From positions 50,530,001 through 50,594,000 of the forward strand of contig NC_083279.1 in the NCBI RefSeq assembly GCF_963506605.1: DNA of 64,000 nucleotides, in the 5' to 3' direction. The DNA comes from Zootoca vivipara. Lineage: Eukaryota. The notes below the pieces were generated by a model. It saw nothing but the letters and a program-made list of their open reading frames with translations. It made no database searches and was not told the origin of the DNA. The stretch's first letter is position 1; each line of letters starts with the position of its first letter. Shown here piece by piece: positions 1 to 12,781 of this stretch. Made by a program: the position numbers and the translations under genes.

Positions 1-147
1 GCCTGTGTTGTGTTTGCACCATGCTGACTCCTCCAATCCACCACTCTACCTCCTGATAAGCAGCAGTGATGTAACTGACTGGAGGTCAGATGAGTGCCGC
101 TGCCTCACCAAGCTGTCCACTACTGGCATTACTACAAACCATAAAGC

Positions 148-329
148 AGGGATAGCCATTGTAGTGTCCTCCAGATACTGGGGAAGGGCGTCCATCTCTA
201 GTATCTCCAGGTACTGTACAGCTGGTAGAAAATCTAGTCAGAAATCCTGGAGAACCATTGCCAGTCAGACAACAGTGAGCTAGATTGACCCATGGTCTGA
301 CCAGCTAGGCACTTTTCTATGCTCCTATG
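148..329 (+). mobile_element. Degenerate tRNA-derived SINE with CR1-like tail (Squam2-like)
   Basis: 3' part 'cctggagaaccattgccagtcagacaacagtgagctagattgacccatggtctgacc...ctatgctcctatg' aligns by eye with the better copy at 19902-20084. Confidence 0.6.
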
Positions 330-3300
330 CTGTTGGACTTCAAATCCCATCAGTTCCAGCAAGAATGGCAATGGTGATGATGGGAGCTGTAAGCCTCTCT
401 CCCAAAGGTTTCAGGCTTATGGGATCTATTTTTTTTTCTTTAAGAGAAGTCAATGTTCAGGGGTTCTACTGAAGTTCTACAATGCCAAGGAAGCAAGTAC
501 GTGGGCAGACACCAAGAATCGAAGTGCTGTGTCTTTCCAAACCAAGAACATTATCTTGCAACTTCCACAAAGCTTTTGCCAGCCAGCTCAATAAATGCAG
601 GGAGCTTTATCTCCCTGCTCTGGTAAAATTCAAAGTGCTCTTTTTGGCACTCCTTGGTGCATGTACTTGCAGGCAGAAAACTGGCTAAGCAGCTTTCAGG
701 CCCCAAACAGGCAGGTAAGTGAGCAAGTGATGTGGGTGGGGGAGCTGCTCCCAGGCGAGCTGCTGCGGAAGGAGCCATGTTTGATAGAGGGTGAGGTGCT
801 TCAGAGAACTGTTTGCTAAGCCACACTCTGAGGTGCCTCCCTACTCCACAAATGTTGCTGGGGCAGCATTTAATGGAGTGTGGGAAGCACTTCAGAGAGC
901 AGCTTGACAACTTGCTCTCTGAAGCTCCCTTCTCCATTGAACATTACTGGAGTGGAACATGCTTTGGTAAACCACTCTCAAAAACATATCTTCCTCCATT
1001 AAACAATTCACAAGCTGTGAGCGGAGAGGTGTTTGGATGAGGCATGAGGGAATCTGTAGGGGCTGGGATGAGATGGACAGGGGAGGGGGTCTTTGGTGAA
1101 CTTGGCAGAGGAAAGGTTTGGGGAGAGCTGTGGAGGCGGGTGAGTTTGGTCATGTGGGGAAGAAGGGGGGCAGGGATGGGTAAAGGGAGTTGGTAAGGGA
1201 TGGTGGAGTTGGTTGGTAAGAGAAACAAGCAGGGATGGCAGCTCCTAGTAGTTTCATAATTTTATGTGTGTACACTGTCCTGTAGTTGTTTAGGACAAAG
1301 CATGTTATAGAAATGTATTGAATGAATGAAATAAAAAAGCATGCCTCTGTACACCCATGCTGTCTGAATTTGGCACAATAGTGACCTACAATGATCTCAG
1401 TGTAACAAATATGTATACATGCCCAGGGGTGAACAGTAGTTGTCCAAAGGAAGTGGTCACTTGAATCTCAAGCTCCCCTATTTTTAAAGGGCTGGTTGGC
1501 AACAGCTCAAAGCAATTTGTTTCGGCACAACAAATCTATTGGACACTGTGCCCTGAAGTAACCGGGCAATCTCTTTTCACACACAGGAACTTCTTAAGCA
1601 CTGTGAACTTAGCTCCCTCTGTTTAGCGTTACTGATCCGTTAGTCTAAACATGGTACAAGGCAGTTTAATGGGAATCATTTCCAGTAAGAGAGGATGTTT
1701 CCTCAGCAGTTTTCAAGTTGGCTCTGACTCAGGCATTCTCAGGGGACCTTATTTAACTGATCATTAGGGAGACAGCAAAAAGGCATTGAGGAATTTCATA
1801 ACAAAGACGAGTATCCTATAAAAGACCTCCTGAGAATCCTCCTGGCCATGGACTCTCGGCATGCTTGAGGGATTTTATTAATGCTGCTGAAAAAGTAGTA
1901 CTGTAGCCAATCTATTATTTGTGCATAATTTTAAAGATGCTTTATTGTACTTGTTCCAGCAATATGATGAACTGCTGTGCTTGTAAAAAGCTGCATTCAA
2001 ACAAACCATAATGAAACGTTCAGAGCCGATTAACACCCTTTATTGGAACTTGCTAATCGATGCAGAAAGGGCTGCAAGTTGCTAAATGGCTGGCAGTCAG
2101 AATTATCCTAATTTTTCTAGACACATATTTCTCATGGGCTAATATATGCAAAACAAGTGTTGAGATGCTGTGGAGGTTGTGAACTAGCTTCATAAAAAAA
2201 CCCCCACAGCATTCAAAGGACCCTGATGAAATTGTACCCTGGTGAATTGTACCATTAACCCTCTGCACAATGCTTTTCATGGGAAACCTGTGCATTTGCA
2301 GTGTGCACAAACCTAACCCGTAAGTCATGCCACATGTTCACTGATGATGTTCATGACCTGAGCTGTCAGTAATTCTTCCAGTTGTGTATATATACTGTAT
2401 GTGTCTGTATTCCATGCACATGGATGTTTTCCATAAAAGGCAAGGAACAGCCTGAAGGGTATTTTCATCAGGAAAAATGGCACAGGGCATAACCACTGTT
2501 TGTAAAAACATGTAAGGAGAGCAAAAATGTGTTTCCACAACTCCATCATCATGCCTAGCTTGGCCTCTAATTTTTTTGTTCAAACTGCACTACCCTGCAG
2601 TTATTTAGGACATATTTTAGGGAGAGCTGGGCCAATTTCTCAGACTTTTCTCCTGCTCACCTTCCTAGAACAACAACTTCACAGATTGTCTCTCTCTGAA
2701 CATTTTCACCAATTTATTTATTTTGCCCCAGAATACTGCTCGGTCCCATGCATTGTGGAGAATACAAAATGGTGGCCAGGCTGCCAACACTTGCAGCAGT
2801 GGTAGAAGGAAAAGATTTAGTCAGAAAGAAAGAAACCACACAGCTGCCACTGCTAATGGTAACCCACAAATTGGACAGAGAATTGCAAGAGGACATTTGC
2901 ACAAATTTCTAATTTTAAGTGTTTTGCAGCAGGCCTCTAGACTGCAGTTCTTTGCTCACTTACTTACCTGAGAGTAAGCCTCATTGAACAAAAGAGGACT
3001 TACTTCTGTGTAAACAAGCAGAGGGTTGCATTGTTGGCTGGCTGGCTGATCTACCTGCTTGTCGCTTTGAAGTTTTGAGGTAGCAGTGATGAGCTTTTCG
3101 CCTGTGCCTCCACCACACATACTTGTGAAATATGATCTTTATGATGATGAGAAAGTCTACTCCTGCCAACAGTAGAACCATATCTTTGCAAACCTTCCTT
3201 GTAAACCACAGATGTTTGGCACAAGTTGCTTGGGCCTGCTGGGGCTTCAGGAATCAGGGTTTTACATTTTATGTCACTCGTGCTGTTTGAATGAACAGTG

Positions 3301-3886
3301 AGAGCTGACAAGCCAGGAACTTCCAGACAGATAACAGTCTAGTAACATACCAAGCAATACTGATGAAAATGAAGATATGGAATGGCAACTATGTAAAAGG
3401 GGTGGCTGCCTTAGAGCACAGCTACACCCTAGCAAGAACAAGAATTTATTCTTTTAAGGTCAGGGCAAGTTGTTTCACACAGGAAGAGGCAGAATCATAC
3501 CTACTGCTAATTTGCTCTGAGAATTTTCAAACTCGTGTATTCACAAAGATGAGACCTCAGGAATAGCTGACAACCCTTTTTTGAAATTAGGAGTGCAGTC
3601 ACAATCTATTCAATGTTGTGGAGATAACCACAGTTTTACCATATGTGGTTGAAATGTGCTGGGATTTCTGGGGAAAGGTACTTGAAGAAATAAATGCAAT
3701 TGACAGAAACCGTTAGATCCTTTCAACTGCATTGCTTGGTAAAAAATGAAAAATCAGACATGGACCTTACATAGTAAAACACTGAAAGATAACCTTCCCT
3801 GCCAATTAGTACCATAATGTGATGATCCTCTTGATTCGATTTCTTGAGCAAAATCTCCCATTAAATGAAGATGCCAAACCCATGAC

Positions 3887-4613
3887 TAGAGATGGGTGAA
3901 TCTGTCATTTTAATTTTCTCCCAGTTTTTCATTTTTCCTGTTTTAAGTTTAGTTCTCCACATTTCCACATCAGTTCATGGTGTGAAAATTCATCAGCATC
4001 TTAGTGTGAAGTTCTCTGAATATGTTGTTGTTTAGTCGTTTAGTCGTGTCCGACTCTTCGTGACCCCATGGACCATAGCACGCCAGGCACTCCTGTCTTG
4101 CACTGCCTCCCACAGTTTGGTCAAACTCATGTTCGTAGCTTCGAGAACACTCTCCAACCATCTTGTCCTCTGTCGTCCCCTTCTCCTAGTGCCCTCAATC
4201 TTTCCCAACATCAGGGTCTTTTCCAAGGATTCTTCTCTTCTCATGAGGTGGCCAAAGTATTGGAGCCTCAGCTTCACGATCTGTCCTTCCAGGGAGCACT
4301 CAGGGCTGGTTTCCTTAAGAATGGATAGGTTTGAATATACACATTTTAAATGCAATTTTGCCTATTTGGCAAGGCACTGTTCCCTATTGTGCATTTTTGT
4401 ATGTTATTTTCAATCATCTGTGCATTTTTAACTAACATTTTACCATAGTCTATGCATTTTTTGTGCCGATTATTTGGCTGGAGAACGGCAATATTTGGAA
4501 AAGTGCAAATTTCAGAAGAGAACTGTGTTTTGGTCCTCATATTGTTTTGGAAAGTGAGAAATAGATAGGTTCAGCCCTACATGCAAATAGAAAAAAAATT
4601 CTGCTCCATCCCA
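3887..4613. mobile_element. Old non-autonomous DNA transposon (TAGGGATG...CATCCCTA-type ends), split by a BovB insertion
   Basis: Starts 'tagagatggg', ends 'ccatcccaa'; internal sequence resembles copies at about 58240-58489 and 61621-62050. Confidence 0.55.
4024..4331 (-). mobile_element. BovB (RTE clade) LINE 3' fragment
   Basis: ORF 4032..4355 encodes LEGQIVKLRLQYFGHLMRREESLEKTLMLGKIEG...RTRLND; (CAA)n tail; 7-bp TSD TGAATAT at 4017-4023 and 4332-4338. Confidence 0.95.
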
Positions 4614-5101
4614 ACAAATGAGATGAAGAAGCTCAAGCAAATTTGGTGGAAGAAGCAGAGACAAAGAATGTTGAATGAATCTGCCAGGACTGCTGGTTTA
4701 TTTCTGTACTTGGAACAACATTCCTCCTCCTCTCATTTGCCAGAAAACAGCTTTCTTTCCGAATCTTATCCACACCACCAGTTTCCATATTATGATATGC
4801 AGAAGCAATACAAAAGAAAGCTAGCCACACAGGTCACATCTCTGCATATTTGAGAAGCCACTTAGCAAATATAAGAATTAAATATGAGGCATTGATAAAC
4901 ATATGAGGCATAATTCAGGCCACCTTGGTTCCATGGGTGCCCTCTCTTAGTATAAACAAGCTTCAGTGTGGTTTGTGGCAAACCTCAGCTATTTGCCTTC
5001 AGTCTTGGGCAATTGTCAAACAGATGCAATATGAGATTATTTATTTTTCCCCTCTGCATGCACCTACCCCCAAGTGCTGCTGCACACCACATTCAATTGT
5101 T

Positions 5102-5104
<3 letters not shown>

Positions 5105-5142
<38 letters not shown>
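5105..5142. repeat. (CA)n microsatellite
   Basis: Direct reading. Confidence 0.98.
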
Positions 5143-5144
<2 letters not shown>

Positions 5145-5434
5145 TCTCAACCTTTCCCAAAGAAAACAATCTAAAAATCAGATTTTGAGATCTTGCCATC
5201 TGCTGATTCTGCTATTGTTGCATTGGAACAGTTTTTATGCTAGCAAATCCAGGAATGAGTGGTCCATATTAATTAAAGGTGTTTTTTTTAAAAATAATAA
5301 TAATCCAGTATTACTATATATTTATTAGTAACAAACAAAAAAGGAATGCACTGGCTACAACATGGAAGGTCAAAGAGCTAGTATGTACAGATCAAAGGTA
5401 AGTTGGACACCTGGGACTTCTAAACTGGTTATGT

Positions 5435-5647
5435 ATTTGTAGTAAAGTGGCTAGAGGGTCAAACTATGACTGTGGGTCAAATGCCCACTCTGCTATGAAG
5501 CTCTTAATGGCCAAAGATCCCATTCCTGTTTCCCAGCCTAAACTATATTTCTGGAATAAAAAATGGTTTGGGAGAGCGAGGCTAAATTTGTAAGAATAAA
5601 ATGAGGGAGAGTTGCATATTCACAACCTTAAATTTCTTGGAGAAAAG
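5435..5647 (+). mobile_element. Degenerate MIR-derived SINE (Squam3-like)
   Basis: 'agtggctagagggtcaaactatgac...cccactctgctatgaagctc...cagcctaaacta...gaataaaatgagggag...ccttaaatttcttggagaaaag' parallels 52704-52892. Confidence 0.5.
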
Positions 5648-5841
5648 TATTGTCATCATCGTCATCATATTTTGATCTGTTTCCTCTCTCAAAAAGCTCT
5701 TGCTCCCTTTCATTCTCCCTGCCTGTCCACATTATCCGCATCCTGGCATACATAATTCATTCTAACTCTGACAGAAATCATTGGGGAGTGCTTGCCTTCC
5801 AATCCACTTCAGCTTAGACCTTTCTTTCTACATAAAAAGGT

Positions 5842-5916
5842 AAGGAGAGCCTGCTGAATCAGACCAACAGCCTAGGTAGTCCAGCATCTTGTTCTCACAG
5901 TGGCCAACCAGATGCC
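5842..5916 (-). mobile_element. CR1 LINE 3' end relic
   Basis: 'agagcctgctgaatcagaccaacagcctaggtagtccagcatcttgttctcacagtggccaaccagatgcc' matches the remembered squamate CR1 3' tail in antisense. Confidence 0.6.
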
Positions 5917-8227
5917 ATATGTAGTTAAGGATTAGAGATGCTGATGGGGCTTCATGGAGTAATCCTGTGTTCTTCTCAACTTCTTCACAGCCCTCCTTTC
6001 ACGAAGAATAAACACACTTTGGTGTAAACTAACTTTGTCTTTCATCAAGAAGGAATGCCAAGCCTTCATCTTTTGGTGATGCTGGCACAGTTTTGCAATA
6101 ATAGCACCACCAGCAATTAAGAGTCAAGCCAAAACATATCAGAATATATTTGAAAATATTCCAAATATTTCCCCATACCTTTTCTCAGAAAAGAAGGCCT
6201 CTTTGCAGAATTCTCTCTTAGTAGTCTCCACCATTTGTGATGGTGGCTGCTCTTGGGAAATCGGAGGAATTTCATTGAAACCCACCCAGCCAAAAGAAAT
6301 TGTTTGCCTGTAGCCTTAGTTGCAATACAAACAGATCACAATGACATGAGATACCACCATAATTTAATATGTGATGGACTTTCTAAGGAGTGGGAAGTGG
6401 TAAAAAAACAACTTCAAAACCAACCCACTTGCTGCCACAAAGTGAGAAGAACTAGAGGGGGGAAATGCGCTCTGTACTGGCTTTTGAAAGAGCAAAGAAA
6501 AGTGGAATATCCCAATGAATCAGCAGTCCATTGAGTGGTGAGTGACTCAACACTCTTTATAACAGCATTACTAGGCTATTTAAATCACCATTCTTTCCAA
6601 GCAGTTAGCCAGAGCTCACATCCAAGTAACTGTGCATTGAAACTGTAGGCAGATCCCCCTTTTCATTTTGTCAAGACACTGGATGAAGCCCAAAATTCCA
6701 GCTCTCAAAGTTCGTAACATAAGCTGTTAGAAAGCATTTGTCATGTACATAACACATATATGGAAATGAACTGAGAAGGGTTTCTTGGGATGCAAAATGT
6801 GGAACTGGAGAAGTTCTGCAAGGGTGTGGTGCCCGGCAGTTTAAGGTCCAGTCAGCCATTCCTGTCAGTGCCTGGCTTCAATGCCAGTTTTTAAGACATT
6901 GTTTCTCTCCACCCACATGTATCGAACACCCACACAGCAAAACAGCTAAATTTCCCAGAATGAACCTGGCAAAGAATATGTGCAGCATTTGGCTTTCATT
7001 CTAAGCTTGAGCTTTAACAGGTTGTTTTTTTAAAATAAAAATAAAAATTGAGAACTGTTTGCAATAACAGGAAGATGTGATGAAAGTGGAAGTAAATTCT
7101 AAACAGCTAGTGGACAATACCTTCCTAATTCTTAATTCCCTTTTTCAATATCTCATAATGAGCAGACAAGTGGATAGGTGAGGTCCTTCAATAAAATAAT
7201 AACAATAATAATTTATCACTCACTCTTCACCCTAATGTCTGACAGTGGGTTGCAACAATTTAAAGCACAACATTAAAAACAGTTTTTAAAACTGCAAAGA
7301 GTACAATCACAAAAACAGAGTGGGTCCTTAAAAAATACATCTCAAATGTCAATGGCCAGAGCATTTGTTGAAAACTGTGTGGATTCAACTAAATTCATAT
7401 GCTGCCACAGTCATGGAAACTGCTGTTGAGAAGCTGCAGCTGTATACAGGGATATCTCCACATGAAAGCATTTCCAGAGAGAGAGTTTGAACACATTGCA
7501 TGGAGGTTTTCCAGTATCCCTCAGTGAGCTAGCCTCTTAAGTCACAGCAAAATAACAGCTTCATCATTCTACACAATAAAGAAGCCAATCCTTGGCCTGG
7601 AGAAGTTTGCTGCAGGAACAGTAAGAAATGTATAATGAATCAAAGCTTTAGATATTCTGGCACCGAACACCAGGAATCAGAAACTGTGGTAGTAGGTATA
7701 GAGAAAGTTGAAGCTGGGGATAAAGGCCCTTAAAAATGCAACCACTAAAATCTATCAGGTCTCTGTGGTCAGACCTCAGGTACCATCAACTTTACCCACT
7801 GCATGGATAGTACCTCTGTGACTGTCACGCCACACATGCAATCATTTTCCAGGGGGCAAGCCCACTTAGAAAAACCACAGGCTGAAAGAAGACAAACGGC
7901 CCATTCAAAACTCACATGGGAATGGCAGTGTTACACAAACTCTTTAATTATGCCTGTCAGTAGAATGATATTTTAAATAGATAATGTACATGCAGCCAGC
8001 TGATTCAGCCAGCTCCTTTGAGAGCTGCTAGGTAGTATGAAATGTATTTACAGTCCGCTTATTTCTAACTCAAAAGAAAGGCTGTCCTGAAAGAGTTTTA
8101 CTAATGGTAAGGCCAGTAATTAAGGGAACAAACTAGTGTTTTATATTTCAATGACATGATCAAACCAGTCCTGAATGACACTGAAGGCAGGGCGGGGGAA
8201 AGTGGTAACATATGGCTTGTGTGAGCT

Positions 8228-8455
8228 TATTTAATTAGTTAGTTATTGCATTTATATTCCATATTTTTCTCCAAGGAGCTCAATGTGGCATACATGGTTT
8301 TCTCCCTGTCCTTATTTAACCCCCACGTCAAATCTGTTAGGTAGGTTAGGTTGAGAGGCAGTGACTGGCTTAATGTCACCCACTGAGCCATGGCTAAGTG
8401 GGGATTTGAACCCTAGTCCCCCAAGTCCTAGCCCGACACTCTAACCACTACACTG
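8228..8455 (-). mobile_element. MIR-derived SINE (Squam3-like), near full length
   Basis: Antisense A box ('ctctaaccactacactg'), antisense B box ('gatttgaaccc'), core 'gtaggttaggttgagaggcagtgactggc', and T-rich tail. Confidence 0.8.
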
Positions 8456-8535
8456 TACTTGTGTGTGAAATGCCCTTCAGCAAATTTCAAAATCTTATCA
8501 ATACCATTTTGGCACCTCTTGAAATTCCTCTCAAG

Positions 8536-8883
8536 TTTTGCCAGCAGCGGACTATAAAAACATAATGAAACATCAGACATTAAAAACTTTCCAATATGGA
8601 TTTTCTGAAGGACTTTTCCTTCAGAAAATCGTATAACTGTTTATCTCTTTGACATCTACTGGGAGGGCATTCCATGGGGCAAGCACCACTACTGAGAAGG
8701 CCTCTGCCTGATTCCCTGTAACTTTTCACAGTGAGGGAACTGCCAGAAGACCCTCGGAGCCAGACCTCAGTGTCTGGGCTGAGCAAAAGGGGGTGAGATG
8801 CTCCTTCAGGTATACAGGGCTGAAGCCATTTAGGGCTTTAAAGGTCAGCACCAACACTTTGAATTGTGCTCGGAAACGTACTG
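8536..8883 (-). mobile_element. L2-clade LINE 3' fragment
   Basis: ORF 8726..8917 contains VRFRAQFKVLVLTFKALNGFSPVYLKEHL...TLRSGSEGLLAVP, typical of the L2 ORF2 C-terminus; same family as 44318-44659. Confidence 0.85.
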
Positions 8884-9039
8884 TATACATTTCAATGGAG
8901 CTTTTATCAATATACATACATTTTTGCCTTAATATAATACATTTTTGCAGATTTTTTAAAATTGCAACACGTACAAATAAGATAGAAAGGGTTACAAGAA
9001 TTGAGAAATGAAATTTGAAAGTTTGCTGTGTGTCCCAAA

Positions 9040-9455
9040 GGCTGCCAATGTAAGATGCTTGAGGAAGACCTCCATCTTCTCTTGTATCAATCTGCTTGCA
9101 TACTGAGATCTACAGTAGGTGTAAAGTAGGTGAAACCTTTGTAGTACTGTAGTTGTTGTAGCCTGTGAAATGCCTCTCTAGGGAGGCTTGCCTTGCCTGG
9201 CATGGACTTTGCTATCCTTTCAGCACCAGGTACAGACCCTTTTATTTTCCTACGCTTTCAGACACTGCTAACTTAATTTTTAAAATACTTTTAAAACTTC
9301 CATTCTTGAGAGTTTTCTCCTGTACTGCACTGCTATTGTTGTTTTTGTAATATTTGTCCACTTTTTAAAAATAAACTATTTTGCAAGTCACAGTGAGAAT
9401 GCCAACTGGCCCATAAAGGGGGGGGATATAATTTTTTAGAAATAAATAAAAAATA
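9040..9455 (+). mobile_element. Old L2-like 3' relic
   Basis: Decayed 'gaagacctccatctt...ctgcttgcatactgagatc...gtgaaatgcctctctagggaggc' followed by a 'ggggatataa...aaataaataaa' tail. Confidence 0.4.
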
Positions 9456-10036
9456 GGACTGATTCAACACAAAGTTTTAGGAATGTACATGCAATGAAAA
9501 AGAACCCTTCTTTACTTCTTACATAGTACCTTTTTGAAATATAAAAAAATGAAGTTCGTAAGTTCTTGATAGACCCATACTGAAGTCTAAGAAAGTAATT
9601 GGGCATCCCTATTGCAAAATACTGATAGCAGAATGGCTTGTGTTTTAAATGTTTAATAACATTTTATTGCAAAAGATGGAAACAAGACAAAAATACCCAT
9701 TTATGTGTTCTTGTTGCAGTACATCCTAGCCAGGAAAAAAATATGCTTAAATGGTGAAGAAGTGAAAAATATCTTCTACTTTTCAAAGTCTAATGAGATA
9801 CACCCCACTATTTATAGATAGAGAGTGGAATTAAAGGTTATTTACTTCTAAAATTAAGATCAAGTACATCCTCTTTGAACATTTGAAATGTCTACAAATT
9901 TATTGGAGCAACTCCATAATTTGCAAATGGTTTGAAAAGAGGTGTTTGGAATCACAAGAACAAGGATTCTGTCATCTCATTGACTTGAGCCAACCTCAGT
10001 GCTCTTGATAGGAGAGCCAAGTCACAGTGGGAATTA

Positions 10037-10278
10037 CAGTGGTACCTTGGGTTACAAATGCTTCAGGTTACAAATGCTTCAGGTTATAAACTCCGCTAAC
10101 CTAGAAATAGTACCTCAGGTTAAGAACTTTGCTGCAGGATGAGAACAGAAATCGTGTTCCGGCGGTGCAGCAGCAGCAGGAGGCCCCATTAGCTAAAGTG
10201 GTGCTTCAGGTTAAGAAGAGTTTCAGGTTAAGAACGGACCTTTGGAATGAATTAAGTTCTTAACCAGAGGTACCACTG
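10037..10278. mobile_element. Tc1/mariner (pogo/Tigger-like) MITE
   Basis: TIRs CAGTGGTACC...GGTACCACTG, TA on both sides, internal 'caggtta' repeats. Confidence 0.92.
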
Positions 10279-10387
10279 TAGTCATTGTTTGGCCATGTTA
10301 CCTAGGTGAGCTTTGACAACAATCTTTATTGTATTTATATCTTTGAATAAATAATAGTCTGAATGAAATATGATTTAATCTTCCAAA

Positions 10388-10388
<1 letters not shown>

Positions 10389-10427
<39 letters not shown>
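10389..10427. repeat. (CA)n microsatellite
   Basis: Direct reading. Confidence 0.98.
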
Positions 10428-10429
<2 letters not shown>

Positions 10430-10939
10430 CTTAACTGGCCTAAATTTGTTTCTTCTCACTTCAACCAATTCCTCAGAAGAATTCCCATATTGCTAATGTG
10501 TTTCAAGAAGGTGTGGTTTTCTGGGAAAAGTTCTGTTTTCAGAGTCTGGTCATCTTGAAGCTTGCTGATGAGGATTGGGCAATATATTTTGGTTTATTAA
10601 AAAAAAAATTTTTTTTTTGCTTAGTCATTCTCTCCAGAAATTAGAAGAACAAGTAAGCAATTGGAAAGAGCTAGTTATTTAAAACTGAGCCTGATTTTTT
10701 TTAAAAAAAAAGGAACTGTGAAGGAAAACAAAAGGTTGCAAAGGAAACAAATATATATCTTTTTATAAAATTATTACAATTTAAAGTAATGGATGCATAA
10801 AATAGTGTAAATGAACATAGCATGATCACACGGTAAAACACTAACAAGTTACAGTTTACAAAAACCTCTCTGTTGACATGATCACTGCTCACTTAATAAA
10901 TGAAAACTGGCCCTCCCCTATGAAGCAACAGTGCTTCAT

Positions 10940-11135
10940 TCAAATGCTTGGTGGTACAAAAAGGGTTTCACCTGGCACCATAATACCATCATAGTTGGTG
11001 TCAGGTCAACCTCCCTGAGGAAAGCATTCCATTGGCAGGGGCCCAGTGCTGAACAGGCCCCTCCCTTGTTGCCTGCCTCTGAACTACTTTCAGAGGAGAC
11101 ACATGAAGAATGGCTTCTGATATGACCTCAGGGTC
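10940..11135 (-). mobile_element. L2-like 3' relic
   Basis: 'ggtttcacctggcacc...ccctgaggaaagcattccattggcaggggcccagtgctgaacaggccc' is the antisense of an RAFS.A.P.LWN.LP-type motif. Confidence 0.55.
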
Positions 11136-11174
11136 TGTGTGCATGTTCCACTTAACTTTAGTAAAACCCTGTAA

Positions 11175-11455
11175 CATAGCTGCCAAGTACCCCGTTTTGC
11201 CCGGGAAACCCCCGTATTTTCTTACCATTCCCCACTGGTCTTCCGAATGGATTTATCTCCCGTAAATCCCCTGGAGAGCAGCTCCTGTCGGCGGCCATGT
11301 TTCTGATGCCGCTCTGCCCATTTCCAAAATGGCCGCAGCGCTAGAAATCGCTTCTACGCATGTCTGGAAGTGCGTAGAGGGCAACTTCTGGCACTGCGGA
11401 CATTTTGGAAATGGGCAGAGTGGCGCCGCTGCTGGTCCCGGAACTTGGCAACTTG
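11175..11455. mobile_element. hAT-type MITE with a long internal hairpin
   Basis: Ends CATAGCTGCCAAG and CTTGGCAACTTG; 8-bp flanks CCCTGTAA/CCTCGTAA (6/8 match); CpG-rich. Confidence 0.8.
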
Positions 11456-12734
11456 CCTCGTAAGGTTTACAAAAAATAGCTTATTAGAGTGTTGAAGTAG
11501 CTCAGTTGCTGCAACAGACTTTCTACATATAGTACATTGATACAAATACGTTTCTCCCCTTCAGATCATTCAGTGCAGTTACCTTTCTATTTATTTACAG
11601 TCCCAGAACTGGCACTTACCAATGTGAGGCAAGAGATTACTTAGCAGTGCCATAACTGTGTGTCATATATTATTGTCCTGCGGCTCTCATATTGCTATCT
11701 ATTGCTATTGCTATCTATTAGAATTGGAACCACAGATTTTGAATTAGAATTAAATAGGAAATGTTGCAATATCTGAGTATTGCTTTATGAAGGCCCTTTA
11801 GTTCAGTCTAATTAAACTGAGGCTCCAAGAAACATGCCAATTTCACAAAATTCCGTTGATGCAATTTATTAATCAGTGGTAAATTTATCATTAGTATTGA
11901 ACAAATTTCATGCATTTAAAGATGAATTTCATCTTGATTTGGTTATCGAAAAATTCAAATTATTCACATGTGTTTAATAAAACTATTATTCACTGTTTAT
12001 ATTGGTTTTATTAATTATGCATGGGTAATTGTGAATTTTTGATAGCTAAAAAAATGATGATTTTTAGCTACGTCTTGAGATTTTATGCCTGGTGTTAGGA
12101 CATTGCTTGCACCAACCTACTTATGCTCAGTCATTATATAGGGGCAAGGTCAAGGAGGGAAATCAGAAAAACTCTCAACCAAATCATGTGTAACTCATTC
12201 TGTAACTCTAATCTTACAAACATGTGATTGACGATAATGGGTTACTATGACACGTGGTATACTCTCTGCGAATTCTGGGGCAGGATAACTCATAAGAAGC
12301 AATAAAGATGCTTTATTTATGAGTGATTAAATTATTCTAGAGGCCTCAGTCAGCGGAATCATCTTTGTGGAACTGTGGCAGGATCAATATAAATTAAAGA
12401 GAGAGAATTATTGATAAACAGAGGGAAATGTTGAAGAAAGGGGTGGATGTATTTTAAAACAATATTCTTGCAAAATTTCTTACTGCCCTGCTTGTAGTAC
12501 TTTAAAATCTTTACTTGCTGTGACTTTGAGGCAAAGTGAAATATAACAACCCTGACAGGTTTTAATGAAGAGATATATAAGGTCTCTGAAGTATTTGAGG
12601 GAACCTTTGCTGCTTGTGGTTTTGTATATGGTTTTGGGAAATAACCAACATGCTGATTTTTGTGGTCTGGCCCTTCCTGTGAGTATTACAAGTGGAGACT
12701 CATTTAACCCTGGCCTAGACCTACATATAGCCTG

Positions 12735-12781
12735 AAACAAACAAACAAACAAACAAACAAACAAACAAACAAACAAACAAA
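12735..12781. repeat. (AAAC)n microsatellite
   Basis: Direct reading. Confidence 0.98.

Noticed and set aside
673-714. 42-nt micro-exon with a CAG|gtaagt donor
   Set aside because: The donor is good but the acceptor is weak, and no partner exons or recognisable peptide were found
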